In this document: one piece after another, positions 49,033 to 58,778 of the stretch | Layout: every line of letters starts with the position of its first letter | Position numbering within the stretch: position 1 is the first letter of the stretch | Source: Acidobacteriota bacterium | GTDB lineage: Bacteria; Acidobacteriota; UBA6911 | Length of the DNA: 64,000 nt | Direction of reading: 5' to 3' | Assembly: GCA_963664705.1 (NCBI GenBank) | Contig: OY761556.1 | Location: 4,032,001 to 4,096,000, forward strand | Program-made: the position numbers and the translations under genes | Notes under the pieces: model-generated | What the model saw: only the letters and a program-made list of their open reading frames with translations | What the model was told of the DNA's origin: nothing | Databases searched by the model: none

Positions 49033-50226
49033 ATGCAGAGCAGTGCGGAAATGGCGCGGGCCGTACCCGAAGAACGGTTGTTTACGACAGCATTCATCAT
49101 GGTGATCAGCGCAAATCTGGTCAACGCGGTGGGGGCTCAGATGGCCAGTGCGATTCTGCCGGTATTTGTGGTATCGCGTGGAGGGAGCGAATTTCGCGCG
49201 GGCATCGTGACCGGCATGCTTGCTTTCACGGCTCTTCTGCTTCGCCCTTTTGTCGGCTGGCTTGCCGATACCTGGCGTCGCCGCCCGATGGTTCTGATTG
49301 GCACGGCATGCTATACCCTGGCAAATCTCACCTATGCCCTATTCGGATCCCTGCCACTGGTCCTGCTCGGCCGGGCGCTCCACGGCTTCGGTCTCTCGAA
49401 CTATTCCACCGCTTCGAGCGCATTTCTTGCCGACATCGCTCCGCCGCGCCGGCGCGCCGAGGCCATGGGCTACTATGCGATCGCAATGGATATAGGATTG
49501 CTGGGAGGACCGGCGCTCGCATTTCTCCTGGTCAAGTTTACCGGTATGCAGCACCTGTTCTTTCTGACGGCAAGCCTGGCCTGTGTAGCCTTTCTCATTT
49601 CGATTCCCGTCAAGGAGCACCGGCCGCCACGGACGGGGCCTGCACCGGCGTGGAGATTCAAGACGGGCATTGTCTCCAGACCAGCGCTCCCGGCGGCCTG
49701 GATGGCCTTCTGCCTGGGCATGGGGGTTGGGCCCATCCTTGCCTTCATCGCCATTTTCGCCCGGCACAGAGGCGTCGATAATCCCGGCCTCTTTTTCACA
49801 ATTCAGGCCCTGGCCCTCATGGCATCCCGCACCTTTTCAGGACGCCTTTCCGACCGACGCGGCCGCATCTTCGTCATTGTCCCGGGGCTGATTTGTATCT
49901 CAGCAGGACTGCTGATTCTTCCATTTGCTCACTCCCTGCTTCATCTGATGCTGTCTGCGGCGTTTATCGGCCTGGGATTCGGCAGTGCGCAACCGGCAAC
50001 CATGGCGCTGACCGTCGACCTCGTATCCAAGGATGAACGAGGCATGGCCGTCAGCACATATTACCTCGGATTTGACAGCGGCATTTCCACCGGATCCTTT
50101 GCTATCGGCGCCCTGGCCACGAATCTCGGATTCAATGCCGCCTGGGTCATAGCCGCCGGATGCGTCCTGCTCGGCATGGTCGGCCTTTTCAAAATGCCGC
50201 GTCATGCAGCCGAAATGGAAATCTGA
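49033..50226 (+). CDS. MFS transporter
   Basis: 12-TM pattern; GWLADTWRRR and GRLSDRRGR motif A copies. Confidence 0.9.
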   Translation: MQSSAEMARAVPEERLFTTAFIMVISANLVNAVGAQMASAILPVFVVSRGGSEFRAGIVTGMLAFTALLLRPFVGWLADTWRRRPMVLIGTACYTLANLTYALFGSLPLVLLGRALHGFGLSNYSTASSAFLADIAPPRRRAEAMGYYAIAMDIGLLGGPALAFLLVKFTGMQHLFFLTASLACVAFLISIPVKEHRPPRTGPAPAWRFKTGIVSRPALPAAWMAFCLGMGVGPILAFIAIFARHRGVDNPGLFFTIQALALMASRTFSGRLSDRRGRIFVIVPGLICISAGLLILPFAHSLLHLMLSAAFIGLGFGSAQPATMALTVDLVSKDERGMAVSTYYLGFDSGISTGSFAIGALATNLGFNAAWVIAAGCVLLGMVGLFKMPRHAAEMEI

Positions 50227-50384
50227 CCTGCCCTGCATTTACTCTTGCCTGATGCAACATGTTATTGGTTGGCCGCTGGATTTCAATGCCAACCAACTAT
50301 CGTCGCATGCGCGACAGTCCAGGGTTCCCCAAAATCCGCTACTGCGAACACCGGCGCCTCGCTTAATGCTGCAATACAAATCAT

Positions 50385-50535
50385 AGGGGCGGTCAGAAAA
50401 TAGACAGGGGTTCGCTGCGCTCACCCCTGGTAGAGATAACCGCGAGAAAGAGCTTCCAAGGTTCCTTGGGCAAATAACATGCAGCTTAGGCGTCTCGCCG
50501 GCAGGGGCGAGGCTGCTTCCCTGGCGCTCCCAGTA
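50385..50535. repeat. Cluster of degenerate REP-like palindromes
   Basis: CAGGGGT-TCGCTGCGCTC-ACCCCTG (50405-50429) and GGCGTCTCGCCGGC (50489-50502) in a 390-bp intergenic gap. Confidence 0.5.
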
Positions 50536-50614
50536 TGAATAATTCGTGATAATAAGCGAAATTCCTGGCGTAGTATGTGCAGACGGAATCTCCGGCACAT
50601 AAGGAGTTGGTGGA

Positions 50615-51112
50615 ATGAAAAGAATCGCGCATATGCTTGTTGTGCTCTCAACATTTTTTGCGGCTTCCGCAATAGCCCAGGAAAGCAGTATCGGTTTCCA
50701 GATTTCGTACCATCACGTGGGAATCAGCGTGCCGAATCTCGAGGAATCCATTGCATGGTATAAAAAGATGCTCGGTTTCGAAGTGGTGTCCCGAATGGGC
50801 GGAGCCACCAATAACGGGATGCTGGTTGCGCTGATCGGCCGAGGCAACTGCCATATTGAATTATTCCAGGTACCCGGCGCCAAACCTCTTCCGGATTACC
50901 GCCGCGATCCTTCGGCAGATCTTCGCGTAAATGGACTCAGCCAATTTGCATTCCAGGTCGCCGATACACAGGCCGCCGTCAAAGAACTGAAATCGAAGGG
51001 AGCGGAAATAGCGATGGGGCCGGTGGACACTGCCGGCGTCGTATTTGCTTTTGTCCGCGACAACGCCGGCAACTGTTTTGAACTGATCCAGTTCAAAAAT
51101 CAGAAACAGTAA
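50615..51112 (+). CDS. VOC/glyoxalase-family protein with signal peptide
   Basis: HHVGISVPNLEESIAWY...LGF, IELFQ, FVRDNAGNCFELIQ; N-terminal signal peptide. Confidence 0.88.
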   Translation: MKRIAHMLVVLSTFFAASAIAQESSIGFQISYHHVGISVPNLEESIAWYKKMLGFEVVSRMGGATNNGMLVALIGRGNCHIELFQVPGAKPLPDYRRDPSADLRVNGLSQFAFQVADTQAAVKELKSKGAEIAMGPVDTAGVVFAFVRDNAGNCFELIQFKNQKQ

Positions 51113-51129
51113 GACTTCGTGGAGGATTC

Positions 51130-53232
51130 ATGCAGCCCAGGGCCCGGGTCACCCATAGCATCCTGATAATTGCGATTTTGTCGACGCTCGCGCAGGCGAT
51201 GAATGCAGTTCAACCTGCCGTAGCGCAAAGCCCCGAACCGATACAGAAACGGATTGCCCGCCTCGAATCAGGCATACAGGCGGAAGAGGCCATCCGCGCG
51301 GTAAAGCGGCTGCAACACACATACAGTCACTGCATGGAATTTGGGCTATGGTCGGATCTGGCGGATCTCTTTGCCGAAAACGCGGTCGGCCAGTTCCAGA
51401 CTTCAACAATCAAAGGAAGGCTGAATCTTCGCAAATATTTCATGGACCAGGCCGGACGGATAGCACCGGGGATCGCAAACGGACAGTTGAATTCGCACCT
51501 GCTCTTGCAGCCCATCATTACGCTTGGTGCGGATGGGAAAACGGCTAAAGGGACATGGCACGAGATGGCCATGCTTGGCAAGTATGGATCCGCCGCTTCC
51601 TGGACCGGGGGTGTGTATGAAAATGAATACAGTCTGCAGAATAGCGTCTGGAAAATCAGCCGCCTGAATTATTTCCGGCAATACAGTGGTGCCTACGATG
51701 AGTACGGGCACAAAGCCCCGCCCAAATGGGATATCGCTTATCATTTCGAAGCAGCACACGTGGGAGTCACGATTCCGGCTATCGCCCTGCAGACGTTGAC
51801 CACCGCAGCTTTGAAAAAACCGGAGCCTGCCCCTCTTGCCCAACTATCAAAACGCATCCGCATTTTGACCGACGAGACGCAGGTGCAAAACCTCCAGCAC
51901 AGCTATGGATATTACCTGGATCGCAAAATGTGGGATGACGTTGCGGACCTATTCGCCGAGGACGGCACGTTCGAAAGCGGACAACGGGGAGCATATGCCG
52001 GCAGGAACCGCATCCGCCGTGCCTTGGAGGTGATTTATGGCCCCTCGCCTCTTCGCAAAGGAGAATTGTTCGATCACATCAACCTGGCCACCGTTGTCAC
52101 CATCGCCGCGGATGGACACCATGCAGGAGCCCGGACGATTCAGCTGAGTATGCTCGGCCTCAATGGCGAATATGCTCAATGGGAAGAGGGCACCTACGAA
52201 AATGAGTTCATCAAACAGGACGGCAACTGGAAGATAAAGGCCATCCGCTATTATCCGAGGATGGCAACCGATTACGACAAGGGTTGGGCAAACGATGCGA
52301 AAACAGCGCCGGCTCCAGTCAGCGAATTCCCGCCGGACTCTCCCCCTATGCAATCCTGCGAAAGCTACCCGCAGGTCTGTACCGTTGCCTTCCACTATGT
52401 CCATCCCGTAACCGGGAAGCCTCTTCGCTACTCGTCAGGAGCATTGACGCGTGTTCAGCTGATACTCCAGCCACGTGAATCCTTGCGTCCTGCAGTGTCG
52501 CTCCCGGACGCCAAGAGTATCGAAGGCATCATTGCCGCCCTGGAAAACAAACTCGACTCAGCCATTGCAGTGGATGCGGTGGAAAATCTGAACAGCTCCT
52601 ATGGATATTTCATGGACGAATCCGCCTGGGACTCAATGGCCGCTACATTCGCAAGTTCCGGGTCCAAGGAGATTACCGGAGTTGGCGTTTATGTCGGACC
52701 GGAGCGCATCCGGAAGATATTGAATCTGCGCGGACCGCTGGGAGGAAGGACTCCGGATTTCTTTACTATTCACCAACTCACTCAGCCTGTTATTCATATT
52801 TCGGAAGATGGAAACAGCGCCAGGGCACGCCTGCGCCTGTTTCAGTGCGGCGGCAACGCGGATGGATCCTCCGGGTCATGGATCGGTGGAATTTATGAAA
52901 ACACAGCTGTCAAAGAAAATGGGGAATGGAAGTTTGGAGTTCAGGATCTCCATCACATCTTTAATGCATCCTATCGCAATGGCTGGGCTCGCATCGGAAC
53001 CGGATTGCGCGTGAACAATCAAAGCAGCCGCACGCCCGGCGGACGCGATGTGCCAGGCGGAGGCATTCAACAAGGTCTGGGCGGAGCCGCAGCCCCCAAC
53101 CGCTTTGCAAAGGACTTTCCGCCCGATCGGCCGATTCGCTCCAAACAGTATGCCTTCCCGGATATTGTGGAGCCCGCTTTCCACTATAAAAACCCGGTCA
53201 GCGGTCGCATCCCGCGCGAGTTTCTGAAATAG
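51130..53232 (+). CDS. Secreted protein with three tandem SnoaL/NTF2-like domains
   Basis: Three repeats starting LQHTYSHCME..LW, LQHSYGYYLD..MW and LNSSYGYFMD..AW, each ending YENE/YENT...WK. Confidence 0.85.
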   Translation: MQPRARVTHSILIIAILSTLAQAMNAVQPAVAQSPEPIQKRIARLESGIQAEEAIRAVKRLQHTYSHCMEFGLWSDLADLFAENAVGQFQTSTIKGRLNLRKYFMDQAGRIAPGIANGQLNSHLLLQPIITLGADGKTAKGTWHEMAMLGKYGSAASWTGGVYENEYSLQNSVWKISRLNYFRQYSGAYDEYGHKAPPKWDIAYHFEAAHVGVTIPAIALQTLTTAALKKPEPAPLAQLSKRIRILTDETQVQNLQHSYGYYLDRKMWDDVADLFAEDGTFESGQRGAYAGRNRIRRALEVIYGPSPLRKGELFDHINLATVVTIAADGHHAGARTIQLSMLGLNGEYAQWEEGTYENEFIKQDGNWKIKAIRYYPRMATDYDKGWANDAKTAPAPVSEFPPDSPPMQSCESYPQVCTVAFHYVHPVTGKPLRYSSGALTRVQLILQPRESLRPAVSLPDAKSIEGIIAALENKLDSAIAVDAVENLNSSYGYFMDESAWDSMAATFASSGSKEITGVGVYVGPERIRKILNLRGPLGGRTPDFFTIHQLTQPVIHISEDGNSARARLRLFQCGGNADGSSGSWIGGIYENTAVKENGEWKFGVQDLHHIFNASYRNGWARIGTGLRVNNQSSRTPGGRDVPGGGIQQGLGGAAAPNRFAKDFPPDRPIRSKQYAFPDIVEPAFHYKNPVSGRIPREFLK

Positions 53233-53290
53233 CCTGGAGACTCCGGGGCAAAAACGGCCACAAAGTCTCGCGCAGGCACGCCACTCGCTC

Positions 53291-54136
53291 CTAGGCCGAG
53301 TGGTGGCTGTGCCGATGGTGGGGATAAAGATCGGCCACGGAATAGGTCACACCGGCAAAAAAGGTGGCTCTGGGCAGAGCCCCTTTTGCTGCGACATAAA
53401 AGCCCGCATCCAATACAAGCCGCGGCTTTACACTGTAGGTTATGGCTTGAAGGACCGTAAGACTCGCGGCATCAGCGTGCGTCCGGCTGAACCCCGCAAT
53501 CTCTTCGCTGAAGCCAAACTTCTCCTTGAACGAAATGGAATAGGAAACGGCCGTAAAGTAATTATGGTCGAATCCCACGGCTTCCGACTGGGGAGTCCAC
53601 TGGATGCTTTCGTTGAAATCCAGGTGATGCCGGCCGAGATCTTTGCTGAGAAGCAGACCAGCGGAGTGTCCTATCCCGGCACTTCCCGTCTCATTCGTTG
53701 CCGTCGGTATTGTTATCCCATACAGAAACGAGATGGTCGGCAGAGCTTTCTTCTGCTCCGTAAAACGGAATTTGAATCCTGCTCCGGAATCGCCAAGGCC
53801 CGAAACCTCATCATCACGTGTAACAGGGATGTTGGCAAAACGGATCTCGAGATTGTCCAAGAGACCAAATTTCAGCAGTCCGTTCAAATTCTGGTGGCCG
53901 CGCGCAAGCTCGGTGCCATATTCAATTTCAAAAACACCTTTCTGCACTGTTTCGCCGGTGGTTGAGAACGTCGGACGGTTTGGGACAGCTTTGAGGTCGG
54001 CCGCGGATTGTCCGCTCGTTCCACCTTGAGAACCGGTCTGTGCCCAAATATTGGTGCCCGCCAGACCGATCACCAACAGCATGCCCAGGCATGGCAGCGG
54101 GAGTTTTGCAGTAGCCCTATAAAGATTAATTTTCAT
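53291..54136 (-). CDS. Outer-membrane beta-barrel 'transporter' (phenol-degradation MetA-like family)
   Basis: Signal peptide; NRPTFSTTGETV..G.FEIEYG, GLGDSGAGFKF and amphipathic strands ending GVTYS. Confidence 0.75.
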   Translation of the reverse strand: MKINLYRATAKLPLPCLGMLLVIGLAGTNIWAQTGSQGGTSGQSAADLKAVPNRPTFSTTGETVQKGVFEIEYGTELARGHQNLNGLLKFGLLDNLEIRFANIPVTRDDEVSGLGDSGAGFKFRFTEQKKALPTISFLYGITIPTATNETGSAGIGHSAGLLLSKDLGRHHLDFNESIQWTPQSEAVGFDHNYFTAVSYSISFKEKFGFSEEIAGFSRTHADAASLTVLQAITYSVKPRLVLDAGFYVAAKGALPRATFFAGVTYSVADLYPHHRHSHHSA

Positions 54137-54272
54137 GAATCGCTCCTAATCCGTTGACCAACTTCCGCCCGATCATTAGCCAAAATTAAGGATCTTCCTA
54201 GCCCTCATTATCATAGAATGGGTTGTCCCGAAAAGGAACCTGAAGTCGGGAATCGGGCTTTCATCCAACCGA

Positions 54273-55604
54273 ATGCATACTCGGGAGCCGGTGAAATTGA
54301 CACCGAACGGTCCAACTCTTCTCCTGATCACGGCCTCTTCCCCGGACATAAACAAGGTTCGACGATCGCGTGTCCTGAATTTCCAGCAGATAACAATGCC
54401 GTATCTGGCCGCATTTGTGCCATCGCATTGGACGGTGCGGCACGTGGATGAGGCGGTAGAGCCGATCGATTTCACCGTGCACGCCGATCTTGTCGCAATC
54501 ACTTTCCACACGCCCAGCGCGCCCCACGCATACAATATTGCATCCCGATTCAGAGAACGGCGAATTCCGGTAGCGCTCGGGGGGCCGCATGTCACACTGC
54601 TGCCGGAAGAAGCCCAGCAATATGGAGATGCTATCTTTGTCGGCGAAGCCGAAATGCTCTGGCCTCAATTCCTGGCGGATTTTGAAAACGGCTATTTTCA
54701 CAATCGCTATTCCTGCACAGCCCCGCCCTCGCTGGACCAGGTCCCGGAATCCCGGAAAGATCTATTTCACAGACGCGACTACACATCCGGAGTGCTGTTC
54801 GCTACACGCGGATGCGCATTTCGCTGCGATTTCTGCACCCTGGCGGTCATGTATAAGCGTTGTATTCGCAAGCGCCCCGTCGAGGCAGTTGCAAGGGAAT
54901 ATGCCGCTTTTCGCGGCAAGATTATTATCCTCTGGGACGACAACATTGCATCCGACATCGAGTATGCAAAAGAAATGTTCCGGGCATTGATTCCGCACAA
55001 CAAATGGTGGAGCAGCCAGGCAAGCATTCACGCCGCAGAAGACCCGGAATTTTTGGAACTGGCCGCCCGCAGCGGGTGCAAGCAGCTTTTTCTCGGACTT
55101 GAATCAATTTCCCAGGAAAGCGTGGACAACGTTTCAAAAAACTTTAATCGCGTTCATCGGTACGCTGAAGCCATCGACCGCATTCATGCATGCGGCATTT
55201 CGGTACAAGCGGGCATTGTCTTCGGTTTTGATGGAGATTCTGAAACCATATTCAGTGAAACCCTGGATTTTCTCGAGGCCGCCGGCGTGCAGAATGCCAC
55301 GTTCAACATATTGACGCCATTTCCCGGCACTCGCCTGTATGAACGACTCGATGCGGAGGGAAGGATCCTCAGTCGCGACTGGACTCGCTACAACGGCCGC
55401 GCGGATGTCGTATTCCAGCCGAAACAGATGACACCCGAAGCACTGCTGCAGGGTTACCGGCAGGCAAACCAGCGCTTCTATTCATGGAGAAGCATCGCAA
55501 AGCGCTTGCGGCGTTCGCGGGTCCAGTTGCCCTGGACGCTGCCGCTGAATCTCGCCTATAGCTACGCATTAAACCGCGACCGTCTCCTATCTCCCGCGAA
55601 ATAA
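54273..55604 (+). CDS. B12-binding-domain radical SAM protein
   Basis: N-terminal B12-binding domain (ALGGPHVT, VGEAE); RGCAFRCDFC, WDDN, GLES, LTPFPGT. Confidence 0.92.
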   Translation: MHTREPVKLTPNGPTLLLITASSPDINKVRRSRVLNFQQITMPYLAAFVPSHWTVRHVDEAVEPIDFTVHADLVAITFHTPSAPHAYNIASRFRERRIPVALGGPHVTLLPEEAQQYGDAIFVGEAEMLWPQFLADFENGYFHNRYSCTAPPSLDQVPESRKDLFHRRDYTSGVLFATRGCAFRCDFCTLAVMYKRCIRKRPVEAVAREYAAFRGKIIILWDDNIASDIEYAKEMFRALIPHNKWWSSQASIHAAEDPEFLELAARSGCKQLFLGLESISQESVDNVSKNFNRVHRYAEAIDRIHACGISVQAGIVFGFDGDSETIFSETLDFLEAAGVQNATFNILTPFPGTRLYERLDAEGRILSRDWTRYNGRADVVFQPKQMTPEALLQGYRQANQRFYSWRSIAKRLRRSRVQLPWTLPLNLAYSYALNRDRLLSPAK

Positions 55605-55614
55605 CGCAGCCTTC

Positions 55615-56001
55615 CTATTTTAACGCGCGGAGAGAACGGGCGATGAGCCCAAGGCCAGCCGCCAGCATGGCCAGCATGAACAGCGTGTTATACAGCGATG
55701 TCGGCTTGAAGTAGATGTCCATGTTCACAAGTATCCCGGCAAGAATTATCCCGAAGCCGAGAACCGTCAGGACCCAGCCGGCAACCGACCGTCCGTTGTA
55801 AAAGAGTACGCCAATCCCGATCAGCAAGGGCACCAGGCTCAGGCCAAAAGAGCTGAATCCCCATAGATGTCCCCAGGACGTTGTAACCTGAACCTGGTTC
55901 AGCATCAGATATGCCCCAATCCCTACCAGCAACACTCCCACGAAAAACTGGCCGATGCCGCCGGGAGTCCCCCCCGCCCCTGCTAGTTTGTTTTCATTCA
56001 T
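55615..56001 (-). CDS. Hypothetical membrane protein (4 TM)
   Basis: GAGGTPGG N-terminus followed by four hydrophobic segments. Confidence 0.75.
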   Translation of the reverse strand: MNENKLAGAGGTPGGIGQFFVGVLLVGIGAYLMLNQVQVTTSWGHLWGFSSFGLSLVPLLIGIGVLFYNGRSVAGWVLTVLGFGIILAGILVNMDIYFKPTSLYNTLFMLAMLAAGLGLIARSLRALK

Positions 56002-56132
56002 GCGCGCAATTATAAAAGGCCTGTCGTCCGATTTTTACTTATTTCTTATCCTAAAATCCAAGATTGTGCGGCAAAGCTTGACGGGAAACCCTCGAGAGAT
56101 GATCATTGTTTATCCATATCAAAAAGGAAGGT

Positions 56133-57152
56133 ATGAACAGACACGTGCCCCGGATTTCCATGCTTGCATTTTTCACCCTCGCGCTCTCTTTTGTTTTCGC
56201 TCAACAACCGCCTGCCAACGATTCGGAGCAAGTGCTGGAACTGCAACGAAAAATCGAATCGGCCGTGGTGTCGGGAGATGTGGCTTTTGCCCAAACGGTG
56301 CTCTCGAGCGATTTCCATTTTCGCCACGGGGACGGTTGGACCAGAGGCGAAAAAACCGGAGGAATTGAGGACGACAGGGAAGCCTTCCTGAAACGAATAT
56401 CGGATAAGGAATACCTTGTCCATGACTTGGACCAGCCGAAGGTCGAAATGCACGGAGACCTCGCCATCACATGGGGTCGCTACGTCAGCCTCTTCATGCC
56501 GAAGAACAGAGACACCAGCACACCCCCCGGACTTACGAGCATCTGGTTCGAACGTGTCTGGGCAAAGCGGAATGGGCGCTGGCAGTGGCTCTCGCACCGT
56601 ACTGTCTGGGGCCCGCATCCGTCTCCCGCAGGGATCGATCCAACCCAGGTCTCCCAGGCTCAAGCCAGCACTTATGTGCCCGGCCTTCCGGAAGCTAACG
56701 CTGTTCCCGAAAAATACAAACCTGCATCTGCCGAGGCAGCGGAGATCATCGCACTGGACGAAAAATTCGCTCAAGCGGTGCTTGCCGGCGATCACTCATT
56801 CTTTGATGCAAACACATCCGACGACTTTTTGATGTGGCACGGAGACATATGGACTCGAGGCGGACAATCCATTTTAATTGATACAAAGCAGGCATTCCTG
56901 GAACGCGTCAAAAACAAGCAGTACCTGGCCTGGAATTTCGACTCTGCCCAAGTGGAGATGCACCAGGATGTCGCAATTTCCTATGGGCGGTACACGGCAA
57001 CGCTCCGGGGAAGCAATCCGGATCGTGCATGGTTTGCAGTATGGTTCGAACGCATCTACCAAAAACGAAACGGAAGGTGGGTGTTCATCTCGCAGCGAAC
57101 CGTGCATGGGGCCAGCTATGGCCCCACGCGCGAATCCGTCAGCACCCAATAG
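56133..57152 (+). CDS. Secreted protein with two DUF4440/NTF2-like domains
   Basis: AAGGAAGG RBS and signal peptide; duplicated HGD.WTRG and WFER..K(R)NGRW...S.RTV. Confidence 0.83.
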   Translation: MNRHVPRISMLAFFTLALSFVFAQQPPANDSEQVLELQRKIESAVVSGDVAFAQTVLSSDFHFRHGDGWTRGEKTGGIEDDREAFLKRISDKEYLVHDLDQPKVEMHGDLAITWGRYVSLFMPKNRDTSTPPGLTSIWFERVWAKRNGRWQWLSHRTVWGPHPSPAGIDPTQVSQAQASTYVPGLPEANAVPEKYKPASAEAAEIIALDEKFAQAVLAGDHSFFDANTSDDFLMWHGDIWTRGGQSILIDTKQAFLERVKNKQYLAWNFDSAQVEMHQDVAISYGRYTATLRGSNPDRAWFAVWFERIYQKRNGRWVFISQRTVHGASYGPTRESVSTQ

Positions 57153-57217
57153 CTGAAACAGGTGGAACTCGTGACCGAGGCACAACGGCTTTCGGACCGC
57201 GAATTCCACTCACAATA

Positions 57218-58564
57218 TCAGTAGGTCCCGTACTCGTAAGCAGCTTCCATCATGGCACGCAGGTTCTCAACATTTCCCCTGTCGATACTCGCGCCCCCGG
57301 CCAGGATGTAGCCTCCTCCCGGAGCACAGGTCTCGATCAGGCGGCGACAGTTTTCCTTTACCTGCCCGGCAGTTCCCGTCATTACGAGCGATGCCGGTAC
57401 ATTCCCGACAATGCAGGATGTGTTGCCAAGGACCTTCTTTGCCTCCACCATATCGGTCTGATCGAAATACCATACGACACTGCTCTTCGGCGTGTCGGTG
57501 ATCAGCTTCAGTCGGTTATTGTATCGCCCCTCGGCAAAAGGGAACGGAACGAGGCCTTCATCTATCATTGCGATGAAGAGTTTCTGCAGTGAAGGCCAGT
57601 AAAACTTGTCAAACTGCTTATCCGACATGAACGTGTCGTCCCCTTTATGCAGAGGCATCATGCATACCGGGCAGCCGCTCATAGGGAAATTCTTGATCGT
57701 GGTCTGGATGGTTAGCTGCAGCTGGATATCGATCGCTTCCAGCAATCTCTCCGGCTGACGGTACAGGTCGGTTACGATTCCTTTGGTGCCCCGCATCATA
57801 TCGGCAAAATAGTCGTAAGGCGCCTGCGCCATGATCCCGCCAAACATCGAAGGATATCCCCTGGACTGGGCTGCGTTGCTGACTTCCATGATGGCTGCCT
57901 GGTGCTGCATGAATTCACCGGAGAGGTCCATCAGGGTCTGAAACACTTTTCTTATTTCGGGATTGGCGAGAAGAGCTACCCAGTTGGCTCCTCCCATCAG
58001 CATACGCAGAGGAGGCAGTTTGCTGAATGGCTCGAAAAGTCCGGTTGTCCGGGGGAGGGTGACCCGAAGGTTATAGTCCGTTGGATCCAGCATCAGCCGA
58101 TCATATTCATCGGCCTTCATGTATTCCCCTTCAACGATCTGCTGCATCGTAACGTCTTTGCCGATGCCGTGCCCCGGCCATTTCATGGTTTTGACATCCA
58201 GGGCTTCCATGATCCTGCCCGCCGGAATCAGACCGGGCCCCATGAATGTATCCATGTCCCCAAAATCGTCCATGAACTGAATCCAGGCCCGCTTCAGTTC
58301 GCTGTAGTCGTACATGATTTTGTAAAAGCTGCTCCCGGAGTAATACGCCGGAAAGCTACCGGTCGGAAGCATGACCGGCACGCGGTCGGGCTCTTCCATC
58401 TTTATCGCTTTGATGAAGCGCGTCACCCGCGCTTTATGAAGCTTCTCGGCTTCCTCGCTTACAAATTTCACGCCCGGCGCGGCTAGCCACTGCTTGAATC
58501 GTTCCTCGCGCTTTTCCTGCCATGTCATTTCTGCCCAAGTTTTTGCCTGTGTCGCTGGCTGCAT
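57218..58564 (-). CDS. Uroporphyrinogen decarboxylase / MtaA-CmuA superfamily protein
   Basis: EPDRVPV, DMMRG...DLYRQPE, FMSDKQFDKFYWP, AKKVLG..CIVGNVP, APGGGYIL. Confidence 0.87.
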   Translation of the reverse strand: MQPATQAKTWAEMTWQEKREERFKQWLAAPGVKFVSEEAEKLHKARVTRFIKAIKMEEPDRVPVMLPTGSFPAYYSGSSFYKIMYDYSELKRAWIQFMDDFGDMDTFMGPGLIPAGRIMEALDVKTMKWPGHGIGKDVTMQQIVEGEYMKADEYDRLMLDPTDYNLRVTLPRTTGLFEPFSKLPPLRMLMGGANWVALLANPEIRKVFQTLMDLSGEFMQHQAAIMEVSNAAQSRGYPSMFGGIMAQAPYDYFADMMRGTKGIVTDLYRQPERLLEAIDIQLQLTIQTTIKNFPMSGCPVCMMPLHKGDDTFMSDKQFDKFYWPSLQKLFIAMIDEGLVPFPFAEGRYNNRLKLITDTPKSSVVWYFDQTDMVEAKKVLGNTSCIVGNVPASLVMTGTAGQVKENCRRLIETCAPGGGYILAGGASIDRGNVENLRAMMEAAYEYGTY

Positions 58565-58707
58565 ATTCCCATGTCTCCATTTGGATAGTTTTGATTACAT
58601 GGATCCCACAGTATTTTGAACGCTATGACGCTGTACCAGAGTGACGAATGCCCTGATTCTAACTCTTTGGAGGCGGGATAGAGCGAAAATTATTTGATGG
58701 ATGCTTT

Positions 58708-58778
58708 ACGCGGAACGTTGGAGCGTGGAACGTTTCAACGTTCCGCGTTCAACGTTTCATGCGAGACGCCGGCGTTCC
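58708..58778. repeat. Inverted repeat of GAACGTT/G-like units plus a REP-like arm overlapping a gene 3' end
   Basis: ACGCGGAACGTTG (58708-58720) and CAACGTTCCGCGT (58736-58748) form a perfect 13-bp inverted repeat; GCGAGACGCCGGCGTTCC at 58761-58778. Confidence 0.65.

Noticed and set aside
50239-50598. 119-aa ORF or riboswitch in the MFS-VOC gap
   Set aside because: The region is explained by REP-like relics; I could not identify a conserved riboswitch core.
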